From assembly GCF_009914755.1 (NCBI RefSeq), contig NC_060935.1: a stretch of 64,000 nt of DNA. One strand, written 5' to 3'. Position numbers and translations under genes: made by a program. Below the pieces are notes generated by a model. The model had not been told where the DNA came from. It was given only the letters and a program-made list of their open reading frames with translations, and ran no database searches. Positions 28,023-47,799 of this stretch are shown piece by piece. Origin of the DNA: the human T2T-CHM13v2.0 reference genome, Homo sapiens. Each line of letters begins with the position of its first letter. Position 1 is the first letter of the stretch.

Positions 28023-28227
28023 GTAAGTTTCTGGAAAGACAATAGGGAGTACAAAACGAGACTTTAAAGAAAGGGACTAAATTGTTAAAGGGGTTACTGC
28101 GGAGTTGACTTTGGCATTGGGGGTTTCGGATAAGACTCTCTTTTAATGGGGGTTTCTCAATTCAGGGACTCTATACTGGGCAAGGTTAAGTAACCCTCAT
28201 GTAACTGGGTGTGTTTGTTTTTCTCAG

Positions 28228-28372
28228 GGAGAGTGTGAAGTACACTCAGCAAACAATGGAGGAGGCTCTGGGGAGAGTGAAGCTTATGCAGGCCGACCTA
28301 GGGGGCACTGAAATCTTGGCACCACTCCAGAACATTTACAGGGGACCCTCCATCCCAGGCCACCCCCTACAG
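28228..28372 (+). CDS. VWA5A: VWA5A coding exon 8
   Basis: ESVKYTQ...ADLGGTEIL...GHPLQ; CAG|GTAAGA donor. Confidence 0.95.
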
Positions 28373-28804
28373 GTAAGAAGTGGAACAGAGCTAACAGAAG
28401 AGACAGGAAGTGTGAAATCTCTAAGAATCTATGCCCCTGAGCTTCATGCAGTATGTTGAAATATAGTTTGCAATTCACAGTCTTCTATCATATAGTAAAC
28501 AGAAAAAAAAAAGATGATGCATTTGTCTTCTTCCTTAACTCCATGCGATGGACACTGGAAGGCCTTTTATGGAGTGCCACAATAACTGAGATGCAGCTAG
28601 GAGGGGAGGTGCTAAAAATTCCCAGGGTTCTGAACAGATCATGTGAGAATGTGGTGCCAGCGACTGAAACATTAGGGATTTCATGCCTCTTTGAAGAGGC
28701 ACCAGAGCCTCTGCAATGAAATAGGTGGATTTTTCAAGGGCAAATTCTGGTTTCTTAAAAAGAACTTGACAAAGACCTGATGAACATTTTCTTTCTTTGT
28801 ATAG

Positions 28805-28884
28805 CTTTTTGTCTTTACAGATGGAGAAGTTACAGACACGTTTAGTGTAATTAAAGAAGTTAGGATCAACAGACAGAAACACAG
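28805..28884 (+). CDS. VWA5A: VWA5A coding exon 9
   Basis: LFVFTDGEV...RQKHR; TTTGTATAG acceptor, CAG|GTAGGA donor. Confidence 0.92.
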
Positions 28885-29384
28885 GTAGGAAGAAAATGTG
28901 ATTTCCGGGTGATTGGTGCTGAGTAGTGACACACAGACTCTAGTGCTACATGATGCCGGTGTTGACCTTCCTTCAAGAGGACCAAATGATTTCAGAATTT
29001 AGTTTTAGCAGCTGAAAATTTATTTCTCCCTGTAAACGTTAAAAACAGTTTTCCAAATAACATCAACAACACAGCAAAACCATTGTTTCTTATTCTTTCT
29101 AAACTACAACGAACACAAGAATTGAATAGTAAGATGTTAATTTTTTTTACTATAAACATTTTTAGAGAAGTAAAACATGCTGAAAACTACACAAATTATA
29201 AGCATACAACTGGACTCATTATCACAGTGAATGCACTGTGTGATCGCCACATAGGTAAAAACTGGAATGGTCGTAGGCCTCTCCATCTGTACCCTTTTCC
29301 ATCATGTCCTATTCCCTGTCACTACACACTAAAACTTTCCTGACTTACAATACCATGGGTTATTTATGCTTGTTTTTGAATGAA

Positions 29385-29390
29385 AATAAA
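29385..29390 (+). terminator. Intronic poly(A) signal for short VWA5A isoform
   Basis: AATAAA followed by a GT/T-rich tract, ~500 nt after the in-frame TAG at 28886-28888. Confidence 0.55.
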
Positions 29391-29852
29391 TAAGTTATAC
29401 AGTATGCTTTTGTTTCTGTGTATATTATTTCTTTCCTTTCAGCAGTGTGTTGAGAGATTCATATACATTTTGAGTATAGCCATAGTTCATTTTCATTGAT
29501 GTATAGTATTCCACAAAAATGACTATGCCATAATTTATATATTGATTTTAATGCTGTTGGACTTCGATTTGGCTGTTAAAAATGATGCTGCTGTGAACAG
29601 TTTTGTATTCTTGTACATGTATTGTTTTGCACACACGTGTATATGCATACATACCTATTTATATACGTAGATTTTTCTCTGAGTAGACAGAATTGTGGAG
29701 TTTCTAGGGAATGCCAAACATTTTTCCAAATGATTGTACTAATTTAATTCATTAAATTGTAGGAGTGTTCCAATCGCCTAATTTCCTATCCAAAACATGA
29801 TATTGTTTGTCTTTAAATTTTAGTTTTGTGTGTGTGTCGTGGTGTCTTATGG

Positions 29853-30151
29853 TTTTTTTTTTTTTTCTTGAGATGGAGTCTCGCTCTTTCGCCCAGGCCG
29901 GACTGCAGTGGCGCTATCTCGGCTCCCTGCCATCTCCGCCTCCTGGGTTCACGCCATTCTCCCGCCTCAGCCTCCCAAGTAGCTGGGACTGCAGGTGCCC
30001 ACCACCGCGCCCAGCTAATTTTTTTGTATGTTTAGTAGAGATGGGGTTTCACCGTGTTAGCCAGGATGGTCTCGATCTCCTGACCTCTTGATCTGCCCGC
30101 CTTGGCCTCTCAAAGTGCTGGGATTACAGGCGTGAGCCACCGTGCCAGGCC
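29853..30151 (-). mobile_element. Alu (AluY-like)
   Basis: Antisense dimer, ACCGTGTTAGCCAGGATGGTCTCGATC; TTATGGTTT on both flanks. Confidence 0.93.
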
Positions 30152-31049
30152 CCTTATTATGGTTTTAACTTACATTTTCCTGCTGATGAATGAAGTTTAG
30201 CACCACTTCATATTTACCCGCCAGTTGGATGTCCTCTTTTGTGATGTGCTTTCAAGTCTTTTTCCTGTTACTTATTTATTTCTATTAGATTGATTTTCTT
30301 ATTGATCTATATAGTTCATTCTGTAGTCTGGATACAAGCTCTTTGTTGACTGTATGTTCTAGAAATACTCTATAGTTTGCTCTTAGCTTCAAAATGTATT
30401 TGAGTAATAGTTGTTAATTTTAATGTAGTTTGATATTTTTCAGTCTTTTCCTTTATGGTTAGTGTTTTCTGTGTCCTGTTAAAAAGTCTTTCCCTATCCA
30501 AAGTTTCGTATTTTTGTAATGTGGATATCAAATTGACCCTATTCCATTTATGGAAAAGTTTGTCCTTTTCTCAGTAATGCACAGTGTCATCTCTGTCATC
30601 AATAAGCACCTGTATACATGTACATTGTTTCTGGGTCCTCTGTTCCATTGCATTGGTCTATTCATCTAGACGTGTGCTAGAACTACACCATATAAATTAG
30701 TACAGGTTCATGATAAATCTTGGTTTCCAATAGTGATAAGTCCTCAATTTTGTTCATTTCATAACCAAGACTGTCTTGATTACACTTGACTCTTAGTATT
30801 TGTATTTTAGCATTAGCTTGTCAGTTTTTACCAAAAAAGGAAACCTATTGGTATATTGGCTAGAACTGCATTGACTAGATCTATTTAAGCAGGACTTACT
30901 ATTTACTATATTGAGCATTCCAGTCTATTTACATAGTATATCCTTTCATTTACTTTGGTCTTTTCTGATTTCTCGAAGTGTTTGTTTCCAACATTTTATT
31001 AAGAAACCTTAAACATATAGAGATCTTGCAAAAATACAACAATGGGGGC

Positions 31050-31340
31050 TGGCCGCAGTGATTGAAGTCCTGTAATCCCAGCACTTTGGGAGGCCGAGGC
31101 AGGCAGACCACGAGGTCAGGAGTTTGAGACCAACCTGGCCAACATGGTGAAACCCTGTCTCTACTAAAAATACAAAAATTAGCCAGGGCATGGTAGTGTG
31201 TGCCTGTAATCCCAGCTATCAGGAGGCTGAAGCAGGAGAATTGCTTGAACCCAGGAGGCAGAGGTTGCAGTGAGCCGAGATCACACCGCTGCACTCCAGC
31301 CTGGGTGACAGAGCAAGAATCCTTCTTGAAAAAAAAAAAA
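31050..31340 (+). mobile_element. Alu (AluS-type)
   Basis: Dimer with A tail. Confidence 0.93.
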
Positions 31341-31601
31341 GAACAATGGACACCATATACCCTTCACCCGGGTCTACCAGTTGTCAACCTTTTACCACAT
31401 TTGTTTCAGCTATGTTTTTTGTCTGAAATATTTGAGGGCAAACCACAGATGTCATAACCCTTCATATATAAACACTTATGCACTCATCTATGAACAAGAA
31501 CATTCTGCTACATCACAATACAACTATTAAATTCAAGACATTTAAAGTTGAGATAACACATTATCTAAATGCAGGCCATATTTGTCAATTTTTCATTATG
31601 T

Positions 31602-35323
<3,722 letters not shown>

Positions 35324-35637
35324 TCAAAAAGCCCTTGAAGAAATAGTTTTTAGTGAATATTGTTTTTAGTGAAAGCAATAAATAAAAATCAATATTTGAG
35401 TGTTACGTCTGTTCCTTACTATTGGGCTGTTATTTATTCTTGGCATTTTCAACAGACAGAACTGGCAAATGTTTTTAAAAAATTCTGAAATTTTTACTTA
35501 TGCCCCTGCTTCAAAGGTAGCAGTGTAGCATTCTTCCTCTTTTCTCCAATTCTGTATTTATGTCTTCTTTTCTACAGTGAGATAAACCTAGCTTCCAGCA
35601 AAATCAGTAAACATACTCATTTCTTCAATCTACCTAT

Positions 35638-36045
35638 AAGTAGTCCACCCTTATCCATCAGGTATACCTTCCAAGACTCTTAGTGGGCGCCTGAAACTGT
35701 GGATACTATACCAAACCGTATATGTACCAATTTTTTTATACATACATACTTATGATGAAATTTAATTTATAAATTATAAATATCTATCTGATACCTGAGG
35801 CTGCTACTAAGTGATTAACGGTAATACAGATAGCATGGAGATGCTGGATAAAGAGGATTCATGTCCAGGGTGGGATTGAGCAGCATGGCATAAGATTTCA
35901 TCATGCGACTCAGAATGGGATGCAATTTAAAATGTATGAATTGTCTATTTTTGGAATTTTTTTATTTAATATGTTTGGACTGCAGTGGACCGCACATAAC
36001 TGAAACTATAGAATGTAAAACTGCAGATAAGGGAAGCCTTCTGTA
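35638..36045. mobile_element. Tigger3/MER7-like DNA transposon remnant
   Basis: Degenerate TIRs GTAGTCCACCCTTATCC / GCAGATAAGGGAAGCCTTCTG plus internal motifs. Confidence 0.65.
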
Positions 36046-36099
36046 CACACAAAATCTCTCTGTAATATTTTATAATTCTCTGTGTAGAGGGCTTCATGC

Positions 36100-37650
36100 A
36101 TTTTTTTATTAAATTGTTTCCCTAGGTGTTTGATGCTACTTTAAATAGTATTTTTTAATAATTTTATTTACTGGATGTTTATTTCCATATAGAAATGAAT
36201 TTTAATAGCTTGTTTTACCTTGACTTGTATTTAATGATGTTAATTAATTTAGATATTAATTAAATTATATATTTGCAGACTCTTTTAGATATTCTATGAA
36301 GAATCACATTTGCAAAAAATATCAGTTTTATTTTTCTTATTTTTTAAAATTTTCTCTTTTTCTTATTTTTTTTTAAAAAATTTTCTTCCCTTCTGGATTA
36401 GCCTGGAGAGAACCTCTAACAGAAATCTGAATCAAAATGATCATATCCTTATTTTATTCTGGACCTCAAAGGGAACATTTCAACTTTGCACGATTAAGTA
36501 TGGTGTTTGCTGTAAGGGTTTCCCTTTTTTTGTAGTTATCCTTTCTATGATTAAGGAAATTCCCTTTTATTTCTGTTTTGAGGGTTCTTTTCTCTCTTTT
36601 CTTTCTTTTGTTTTGAATAATTAATGATTGTTAAATTTCATCAAATGTATTTTATGCATCTGTTTAGATGAATGTGTGATTTTATCCTTTATTCTTTTAA
36701 AGTGTGAATTCTAATGATAATTCTTAAATGTTAGACCAACCTTGAATTTCTGGAATAAACCCAAAGTAGTTGTGATGTATTAATCTCTTTCATATATTTT
36801 TTCATTCAGTTGGATAATACTTTTTTCAGGATTTTGAATCTATTTTCATGGGAAATATTGACATATATTGTCTTATCTTGTTAGGTTTTGATATCAATTT
36901 TATGCTAGTATCATAAAATGAGCTGTGAAGGTTGCCTTTTTTCCTTGCTCCAAAAGGTTTTCTTTCATAAATATTTATTAGAATTTGCCAGCAAAGCTCT
37001 CTTGGCCTGGATTTTTTTGAGAAAGTTTTTGTTTTGAACTATTCATATTTTATGTGTTCTTATTTTTTATAAAAGTTTGTATATTTTATTGAAGTTCTTT
37101 GCATGAAATTGTCCATGATATTGCCTAATAATGTTATTAAATTTTGTAGAATATATAGCGATATTACCTCTTCTTTCCTAATGTTGGTTATTTGTGCCTT
37201 TTCTATTAATATTTCTTTCCTTGCACTGGATATTTATCAATTTTAATAATAATTTCAAAACACCAGCACCTTTGGGTTTGTTGGTACTTTCTATCATATA
37301 AGTGTTTTCTATTTCATTAATATCTGCTCGAATCTATCTTTATTATTTTCTTTCTTTTACATTCCTTGGGTTCATTGGCCATCCTTTTTTAACATCTTGA
37401 GACAGATGCTTGATAGTTGATTTTTAGACTTTCTTTTCTAATGTGTATATTCAGAGCTATAGATCTAAGCACATCTGTAGCTGAATTTTAAATATGGATA
37501 TGACATTTGCCATTGTCATCCACTTAATATTTTCCAATTATCATTATGATTTCTTTTTTAAGCTTGTATAATTCACAAGTACAGTGCCTAATTTCCCAAT
37601 ATTAGAGGATTTTCTATTTTTGTTAGTTGTCAAAGAAAAAATTATAGAAA
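36100..37650 (-). mobile_element. Ancient L1M ORF2 remnant
   Basis: T-rich degenerate antisense L1 motifs (CCAACCTTGAATTTCTGGAATAAACCC). Confidence 0.55.
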
Positions 37651-39488
37651 TTAGATGTTCCTCTAGATGATGTCTTCCCTCTGAGAGGATTCATTCTTTT
37701 CATTCTTTGCTTCTGAATGGTCGCTGGATAGACTGGGAACAGATAATGTTAATCCAGTCAGGGTCTGATGAACTTCAGTCGCGGTGATGGCTGGTCTATT
37801 TCTGATTCACCTCTACCTCTGGGATGTAGTCCTTTAGGGTTTTATCCTAAATTCTTAGTTGTTTACAAGAACACTTTGGCTGTGGAAAGTGCAAATTGAT
37901 ATTTTGTTCCTCCCGCCTGCGTGTAACCACTTAGGTTTTAAGTCATCTGCTTTTGTACTTGGCACTTGCTTCAAAGGGTCAAGGAACATCAGATGCTGGG
38001 CTCAATTCTCTTGGCTTCTCTCTTCTCCCAGGTCTTGGCCTATAGATTTTTATCTTGGTAGACCTTTGATGTTTTCAAACAAATTATTGTAAATATTGTA
38101 TACAGCTTTCCTAGTTCTTTGCTGGCTTGAAACAATTTACAGTGGCATTGCTGTGAGCAGAACTTTCCTAGGGTGTTATATTTTAAGTCAGAAGTCATTG
38201 ATTTAAGTTACAGTTCTTCTGCTTGCCTGCAGAAGATGAATCAGCTCATCTCTCCATGCCTTAGTTTCCTCACATGAAAATTAGAAACCTAATAGTACTC
38301 ACTTTACAGATTTATTGTTATGGTTAAAAGAGTATACTTAGGGAAAGTATTAGGAACTGTGCTAGATAAAAAGTAAGTGCTATATAAAATTTTGCTATTA
38401 TTGTAATATTTTAATTTTTATTATCATCCACATGCAGCACTGTCGTGAGTTCTAGTTAGTCATCAATATATTTTTGTTGTTGTTGTTTGATTGTTTAGAG
38501 ACCGGGTCTGTCACTTTGTTGCCTAGGCTGCTCTTGAACTCCTGGCACTGGCTTCCCAAAGTGTGAGCCACCACACCCAGCCAATATTGTTTAGTTTTGA
38601 TTTTATACAAAAGACCTTAAAAATATAACAGCACTTTATAACATAGGCTACAATTCAAAGATCATGTTAGAAATTTAAAGGTTGTGATATCAAGATGCTG
38701 TCAGGCTATAGTATTTAGGAAGTATTGTTACACGTAGGTCCAGTTAGAAGTCTGTTCCTGAGTCTTACAAGCGTAGAGCATTGATCCTAATGCTGATGCC
38801 ACTAGACTTGGGGATGATGGCTCACACTAAGAAAGACTGATACATAAACCAAAATTGCAGGGTATTAATTTACAATGAAAACTCTGTCTGTCATGCCTTC
38901 CAAAAGCGCCTGTGCTAGTACTACCAATGTATTCTTTGTTTATATATAATTCTATTTGGGAAATCGCATTATGTTTAAGAAGTTACTTGGTGCACATGGA
39001 CTAAGGCAGGGCAAGAACTCTCCATTTAGAAGTGCAGGAGGCACACTTCCTTTCTCTAAGAATAGTCTTGCTAGGGGAGATATGGTACCAGCACATCATT
39101 AGGTAGGAACTGGTGTTAGTTTCTATCTTTCTGTTAGTTTGCCAGAGGGATCTTGCAGTAAGACAGATCAGTGCTCCAGTGACATTGCTATCATTTAGTA
39201 GTTGCATGATCTTGGAAAGATTTCTTAAATTTCCTGGGCCTCCATTTCTTATCTGCAAAGTGAAGCAGAAGCCTGCCTTTTAGGGGTCTTGTGATGATTA
39301 AATTGCATCATTGATTTAAGGCATTTTTATACCTCCTAAAATATAGAATATGCTCAGTAAATGGTAGCTGTTACACTTTTGGTCAAGAAAGTAGACTATT
39401 TCCTTATGTATTTTTGGCCATTATGTATTAATTTTATATTTTCACTGTTTAATGCCTTCCTCTAACCTCTGTCCTGTTACAATTGCAG

Positions 39489-39603
39489 GTGTTTCTCATT
39501 TGGTATTGGAGAAGGCACCTCCACCAGCCTAATAAAAGGTATTGCCCGGGCATCAGGGGGCACCTCAGAATTTATCACAGGCAAAGACAGGATGCAGTCC
39601 AAG
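39489..39603 (+). CDS. VWA5A: VWA5A coding exon 10
   Basis: CFSFGIGEGTSTSLIKGIARASGG...MQSK; AAG|GTGAGG donor. Confidence 0.94.
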
Positions 39604-40015
39604 GTGAGGGACAGACTGACTGTGTCTGTCTGGAGGTGGCAATCCAGACCAAAGTGGAACGGGGTGGGGAACACTGTGTAAGGGCAGGGGTAGCAACTTT
39701 CCTCCAGGATACCTGTTCCTATATCCCCAAGGCCTTAGGCTGTATACTTAGTCAGGCTACTTTTGGCCTCATGTAATAGAAGCCCACTGTAGTATCTGGA
39801 AATATGACATCTGGTCCCAGTAGCTGCAAGCTCAGAGACAAGATGCTGACAGGGATCTGGGCCTTTGCATTTAAGACCAGACACAGACAAACTAAGAGCT
39901 TTGACTGTCAAGACTGAGATTCTAGGTCTGCGCTTTAGAACCTCTTTTGTACTACATGCATCCTCCATGCAAAAGATACAAAGAAAAGGAGAAGGAATAA
40001 TCATGATATGTCTAA

Positions 40016-40403
<388 letters not shown>

Positions 40404-40702
40404 TCTGGTGGTATTTCTAAGCTCCTCTTTCCCAGTAGGTGCCACCTTTATCTAATCCCCTTCTCCAAGGGTCTCGTTACTCAAACATTTTCTTTATTTA
40501 CATTTACGTTACTAAATATTTCAGCTTTGGCTTATTCATATGCAAAGCTTCTTCATATATAAAGCCCATCTCCTAGAATAGTATTGAGGAGTAGGCATGA
40601 CATGTATTATGTATCACATCTGATACATAATAAATGTCCAGTTAATTGTAGCTGCCATTGTCTGTATCATTTGTGTTTATTCTGTTCTCTTCCCCACATT
40701 AG

Positions 40703-40867
40703 GCTCTCAGGACTCTGAAACGCTCTCTGCAGCCTGTGGTAGAGGATGTCTCTCTGAGCTGGCATTTGCCTCCTGGTCTGTCTGCTAAAATGCTTTCCCC
40801 AGAACAGACTGTCATCTTTAGGGGTCAGAGATTAATCAGCTATGCCCAGCTGACCGGGAGGATGCCA
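40703..40867 (+). CDS. VWA5A: VWA5A coding exon 11
   Basis: ALRTLKRSLQP...LTGRMP; CCA|GTGAGT donor; frame continuity. Confidence 0.92.
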
Positions 40868-41147
40868 GTGAGTTCCCATTCTTATTTGTTCCTCTAGTCA
40901 AAGAGCTACCACATGACCATTCCACTAAAGCTGGTAGGTGGATTTCAATCTCAGCCAGAGACGGCACTTGCCAAGTATAGCTAGCCTACTTCCTTCCCAT
41001 CATTTCAGGTCTCCGGTTTCCTAGGCTACCTGATTCTTCATCAGATATTTTCATACATTGTTTTGGGTACCTGCCCCTGTTCTGATCCTTCCATGGATGA
41101 TCAGAACATTACATGTTCCGTCATTTCTACTCATCTCTAATTTGCAG

Positions 41148-41248
41148 GCAGCAGAGACAACAGGAGAAGTATGCCTCAAATATACACTCCAGGGCAAGAC
41201 TTTTGAGGATAAGGTGACATTTCCTCTACAACCCAAGCCTGATGTCAA
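41148..41248 (+). CDS. VWA5A: VWA5A coding exon 12
   Basis: AAETTGEVCLKY...PKPDV; CAA|GTGAGA donor. Confidence 0.92.
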
Positions 41249-41265
41249 GTGAGAATTCAGTTTTC

Positions 41266-41358
41266 CCTTCCTTCCTTCCTTCCTTCCTTCCTTCCTTCCT
41301 TCCTTCCTTCCTTCCTTCATTCCCTCCCTCCCTCCCTCCCTCCCTCCTTCCTTCCTTC
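41266..41358. repeat. (CCTT)n/(CCCT)n polypyrimidine microsatellite
   Basis: Direct reading; begins ~17 nt after a VWA5A donor site. Confidence 0.95.
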
Positions 41359-41580
41359 TTTCCTCTGCCATCTTTGGGGATTAGATTTCTTCTCTTAATT
41401 CTGGGCTCCATTGTAATTGTTTTCCTACAATCATTTTTTATTTCTAAACCACCCAAGTCTTCTCTCTCCCCTTATCTGACTTTATCTTAACTCTTCTATT
41501 CCTAACTTTTAGGAGCCCTGAGAAACTGGTATATGGATGTCTTTCCCTACATTTCAGTACTTTTTTTTTTTTCCTTTCAG

Positions 41581-41834
41581 CCTCACCATTCACCGCCTTG
41601 CTGCCAAGTCCTTGCTCCAGACCAAGGACATGGGCCTCAGGGAGACTCCAGCAAGTGATAAAAAAGATGCATTGAACCTTAGCCTTGAGTCTGGTGTCAT
41701 AAGCTCCTTCACAGCTTTCATTGCTATCAATAAGGAGCTCAACAAGCCGGTTCAGGGGCCTCTGGCTCATAGGGACGTCCCAAGGCCAATTCTGTTGGGT
41801 GCTTCTGCCCCATTGAAGATAAAATGCCAATCAG
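41581..41834 (+). CDS. VWA5A: VWA5A coding exon 13
   Basis: LTIHRLAAKSLL...SLESGVISSFTAFIAI...KCQS; CAG|GTAATG donor. Confidence 0.94.
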
Positions 41835-42119
41835 GTAATGAGTTTTATTCCATTCAAACTCATATAGAATAAAAGATTCTGACTATCTGAGCACATTATT
41901 TAAAGGAAAGGGCTGTGAAATGTTCTCAAATTGCTTTGTTTTCCTTATACCTCCACATCTAGGATTTCTGGTTAGTGTTAAATTTTTCTGTCCCAGGGAA
42001 CTAGAATGCATCCCATTGGCAAGGAGATTTAAAATAATCCAAGAGAAAACAAAAAACAAACATTAAAATGTAGAAAGTGCAGGTAAACCCTGAGTAACCA
42101 AACTGCCTAATCTGAAGCT

Positions 42120-44855
<2,736 letters not shown>

Positions 44856-45035
44856 AAGCTTGTTTTTAGGGTAACACTAGAGAGCTTGATGGAAGCAAGC
44901 TGACATATAGGAAAAAAAGTAGAGAAGTCAAGAACTTAGTAGTCCAGATGAGGTCAAAGATCAGGTAAAACAGAAATCTCTAACTTAGAAAACTGAAAAA
45001 ATCAGATATTATATTTTAAAACTAGGAATTTTTAA

Positions 45036-45453
45036 ATTTTTTTTTTTGAGTCAGGATCTCACTCTGCTGCCCAGGTTGGAGTGCAGTAGTGTGATTGTAG
45101 TTCACTGCAGCCTCGATCTCTTGGGCTAAAGTGATTCTCCCACCTCAGCCTCCTGAGTAGGTAGGACTCTAGACATGCACAACCATGCCTGGCTAATTTT
45201 TAATTTTCATATTATTTAGAAATGAGGTCTCACTACATTGCCTAGGCTGGTCTCAAACTTCTGGCCTTGCGTGATCCTTCTGCCTGGGACTCTAGGCACA
45301 TGTCACCGTGCCCAGATAATTTTTAAAACTTTTTATAAAGATGGGGTCTTGCTACTTTGTCCAGGCTGGTAGCAAGTTTGTAGGCTCAAGTGATCTTCCC
45401 ACCTCAGCCTCCTGAAGTGTTAGGATTACAGGCATGAATCTCTGTGCCCAGCT
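45036..45453 (-). mobile_element. AluJ-like dimer plus extra monomer
   Basis: Three consecutive Alu arms separated by TAATTTTTAA linkers. Confidence 0.8.
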
Positions 45454-46163
45454 TCAATTTATTTTCTATGAGTGGAACAATTCTGCATAATAACAAGGTC
45501 TTCATGGCTTGGGAGGAAGTGGCAGAAGTAGAATGAAGTGGAAGTCATTGGATTTGATGAAGTTGAAGAAGCTTTGCATTAGGGTATTTTATAGGCTATC
45601 TACATGGGTGATGAAATCTCAAGATGATGGTAGGCCTTTTAATGGAGTGGAAGTCTATGGTCTAGTTTTCAGATACTTTAGTGAATGATCGGAAATAACA
45701 AAGAGATTGGAAGTAGACAATAGTGACGACATGTGGAAGGTAAACCGCATTTAATGATCTGGATGCAGCATCAGGGACTGAAGAGGTTGCCAACCCTACC
45801 TCCCTACTTGAAGTGTGGTACATTGAGCAACAACCATTTGAGAGTGATGGAGGGAGAATAGTTTTTTGGGAGGATAAATTCAGTTTTAAGTTGAGACTTA
45901 GCTGGCAGAAGCCTCCTGTAGTAAAACTAAAGATGCAGGAAAAATTGTTTAGCATGTGCCAGGGGTTCCAGAGGACACAGTAGAAGGAGAGCTCAGAGGG
46001 TGAGGGTTTGCGCAGGAGGTGGGCATATGAGAGAAAAATAGCACAGTAAGGGTGGTGACTGAAGCCAGTGTGGATGGGGGGGTATGTATCTTGAATTGTC
46101 ACAGTCCTTTGCCCACTGCAGAGAGCAGGGAGTGCCACTGTCTTAATGTTTGGATTTTTTCAG

Positions 46164-46307
46164 GTTTTCGAAAGGCCTTACACTCTGACCGTCCTCCTTC
46201 TGCATCTCAGCCCAGAGGGGAACTTATGTGTTATAAGGCCAAGACATTCCAGATGGACGATTACAGTCTCTGTGGGTTGATAAGTCACAAGGACCAGCAC
46301 AGTCCAG
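46164..46307 (+). CDS. VWA5A: VWA5A coding exon 14 (linker)
   Basis: GFRKALHSDRPPS...DQHSP; CAG|GTGAGT donor; 144 nt, phase 1-1. Confidence 0.9.
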
Positions 46308-47007
46308 GTGAGTACCTTTATAGGAACATTTTCTCAACAATGTTTTTCTGTCACATATACAGGACTAGGCAAGCTAAAAGCTTGTAGTTACAGCTATGAC
46401 AAGAGATGCATGTTTCTCGAAGGGACCCCCCATGCATTGGAAAAGATTCATTCCTCCACCCACAGAACCAGCCTGGAAACTTACCATGCAGATGAGGCAG
46501 GCCTCGGTTCACCCCTGCAATCTATAGGGACTGACAAACTAGCCTTCAATGTTCTGCTGCCTGTGGCTTTCTTTACCCAGGAGTTCATCTGTTTGAAAAG
46601 CACTGGGCAGAAGGTCAGATTTGTTCCGCCCCTATGTTTCCCAGGGTCAGCCTAGCTAGGTTCATTAGGATATCATATAGGACCTTGAAACCTGCTATCC
46701 CAGTGGAGTCTAGGGTGACCCCTAGTCGAACAAACCCCCTTGGCCATCTCAGCTCACACAGCTTGCCTGCGGGCTGCCCTCGCCCCCCAGCAGAGCCCTG
46801 CTGCCACCATCTGTGAGCCCCTGTTCCACTGGTCATCCTTTCACAAGTAGGGTTTGAAGACCGATCTTCTGGATGTTGTCTGATGACTTTCTTTCTATTG
46901 CATTCTTGCTATGGCCTGTCTCTGAATTTAGCAGCCCTAAATTCAAGTGTGCTGAGGTGCCGATAGCTCCACAATTTCTCATTCTTCTCTTTTCTTTCTC
47001 CTCAAAG

Positions 47008-47138
47008 GCTTTGGAGAGAATCACCTTGTGCAGCTGATTTACCACCAAAATGCAAATGGTTCCTGGGATCTGAATGAAGATCTAGCCAAGATCCTAGGTA
47101 TGAGTTTGGAAGAAATAATGGCTGCACAGCCTGCCGAG
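47008..47138 (+). CDS. VWA5A: VWA5A coding exon 15
   Basis: GFGENHLVQLIYHQNANGSWDL...AQPAE; GAG|GTAAGA donor. Confidence 0.92.
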
Positions 47139-47799
47139 GTAAGATTCAATGGAAAAAGGAGTATGTATGTTTTTGAGAGAGAGGTCATCATTGAGAATTG
47201 AGGTGATTCAGGACCTACCTGAGGAAGGAAAATATAGGGGGTCATAGACTAAATTAATTTGTAATAAATAGAGGCTGAAGGTTTTTCCAGTCATGTTAGA
47301 GCAGAAAGATCAAGGGATTAATGGGGAAGCTAGTAGGAATTGATGGGGTTTTTTTTGCTGGTGGATGACAAAGGGAAAGCAAAAATCCTCTTCCACTTTA
47401 ATCGTATTCCCTGCCAATCATCTTGGTTATGTAACTAATACTTAGTGAGCAATTACTCTGTGCCAAGCACTGTGCTAAGCAGTTAATATTCATGAGCTTA
47501 TTTATTTCACACATTAATTTAATAAGGTAGATCCCATTTGTGTTGCTGTTTATAGATGAAGAAACTGAAGTTCAGGGAGGTCTAAAAATGTGTCTGAGTT
47601 TACCTAGCCCATCAGTGGCAGAGCCAGATTCAGTTCTAAGAGTATCTGTCTTGAGAACCCCCATTAATAACCTCATTATTGCTCCTCTTCATACCGATGA
47701 AAGTGGTCCAGACATTGGCAAAAGTTAACTGAAGTCAGGATAGGTAAAGTGTTGTTACTAGGAACCACCTAGTTGTTTCAGATGTATTTAAATATGCTG

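Larger units (their letters stand above)
29150..31020 (-). mobile_element. Ancient L1M fragments (antisense), interrupted by an Alu
   Basis: Degenerate antisense L1 3'/ORF2-end motifs; boundaries approximate. Confidence 0.55.

Noticed and set aside
41051-41490. EGRK/PSFL repeat ORFs
   Set aside because: Translation of the (CCTT)n microsatellite
45662-46138. 158-aa minus-strand ORF
   Set aside because: Lies in L2-like intronic sequence with no domain features
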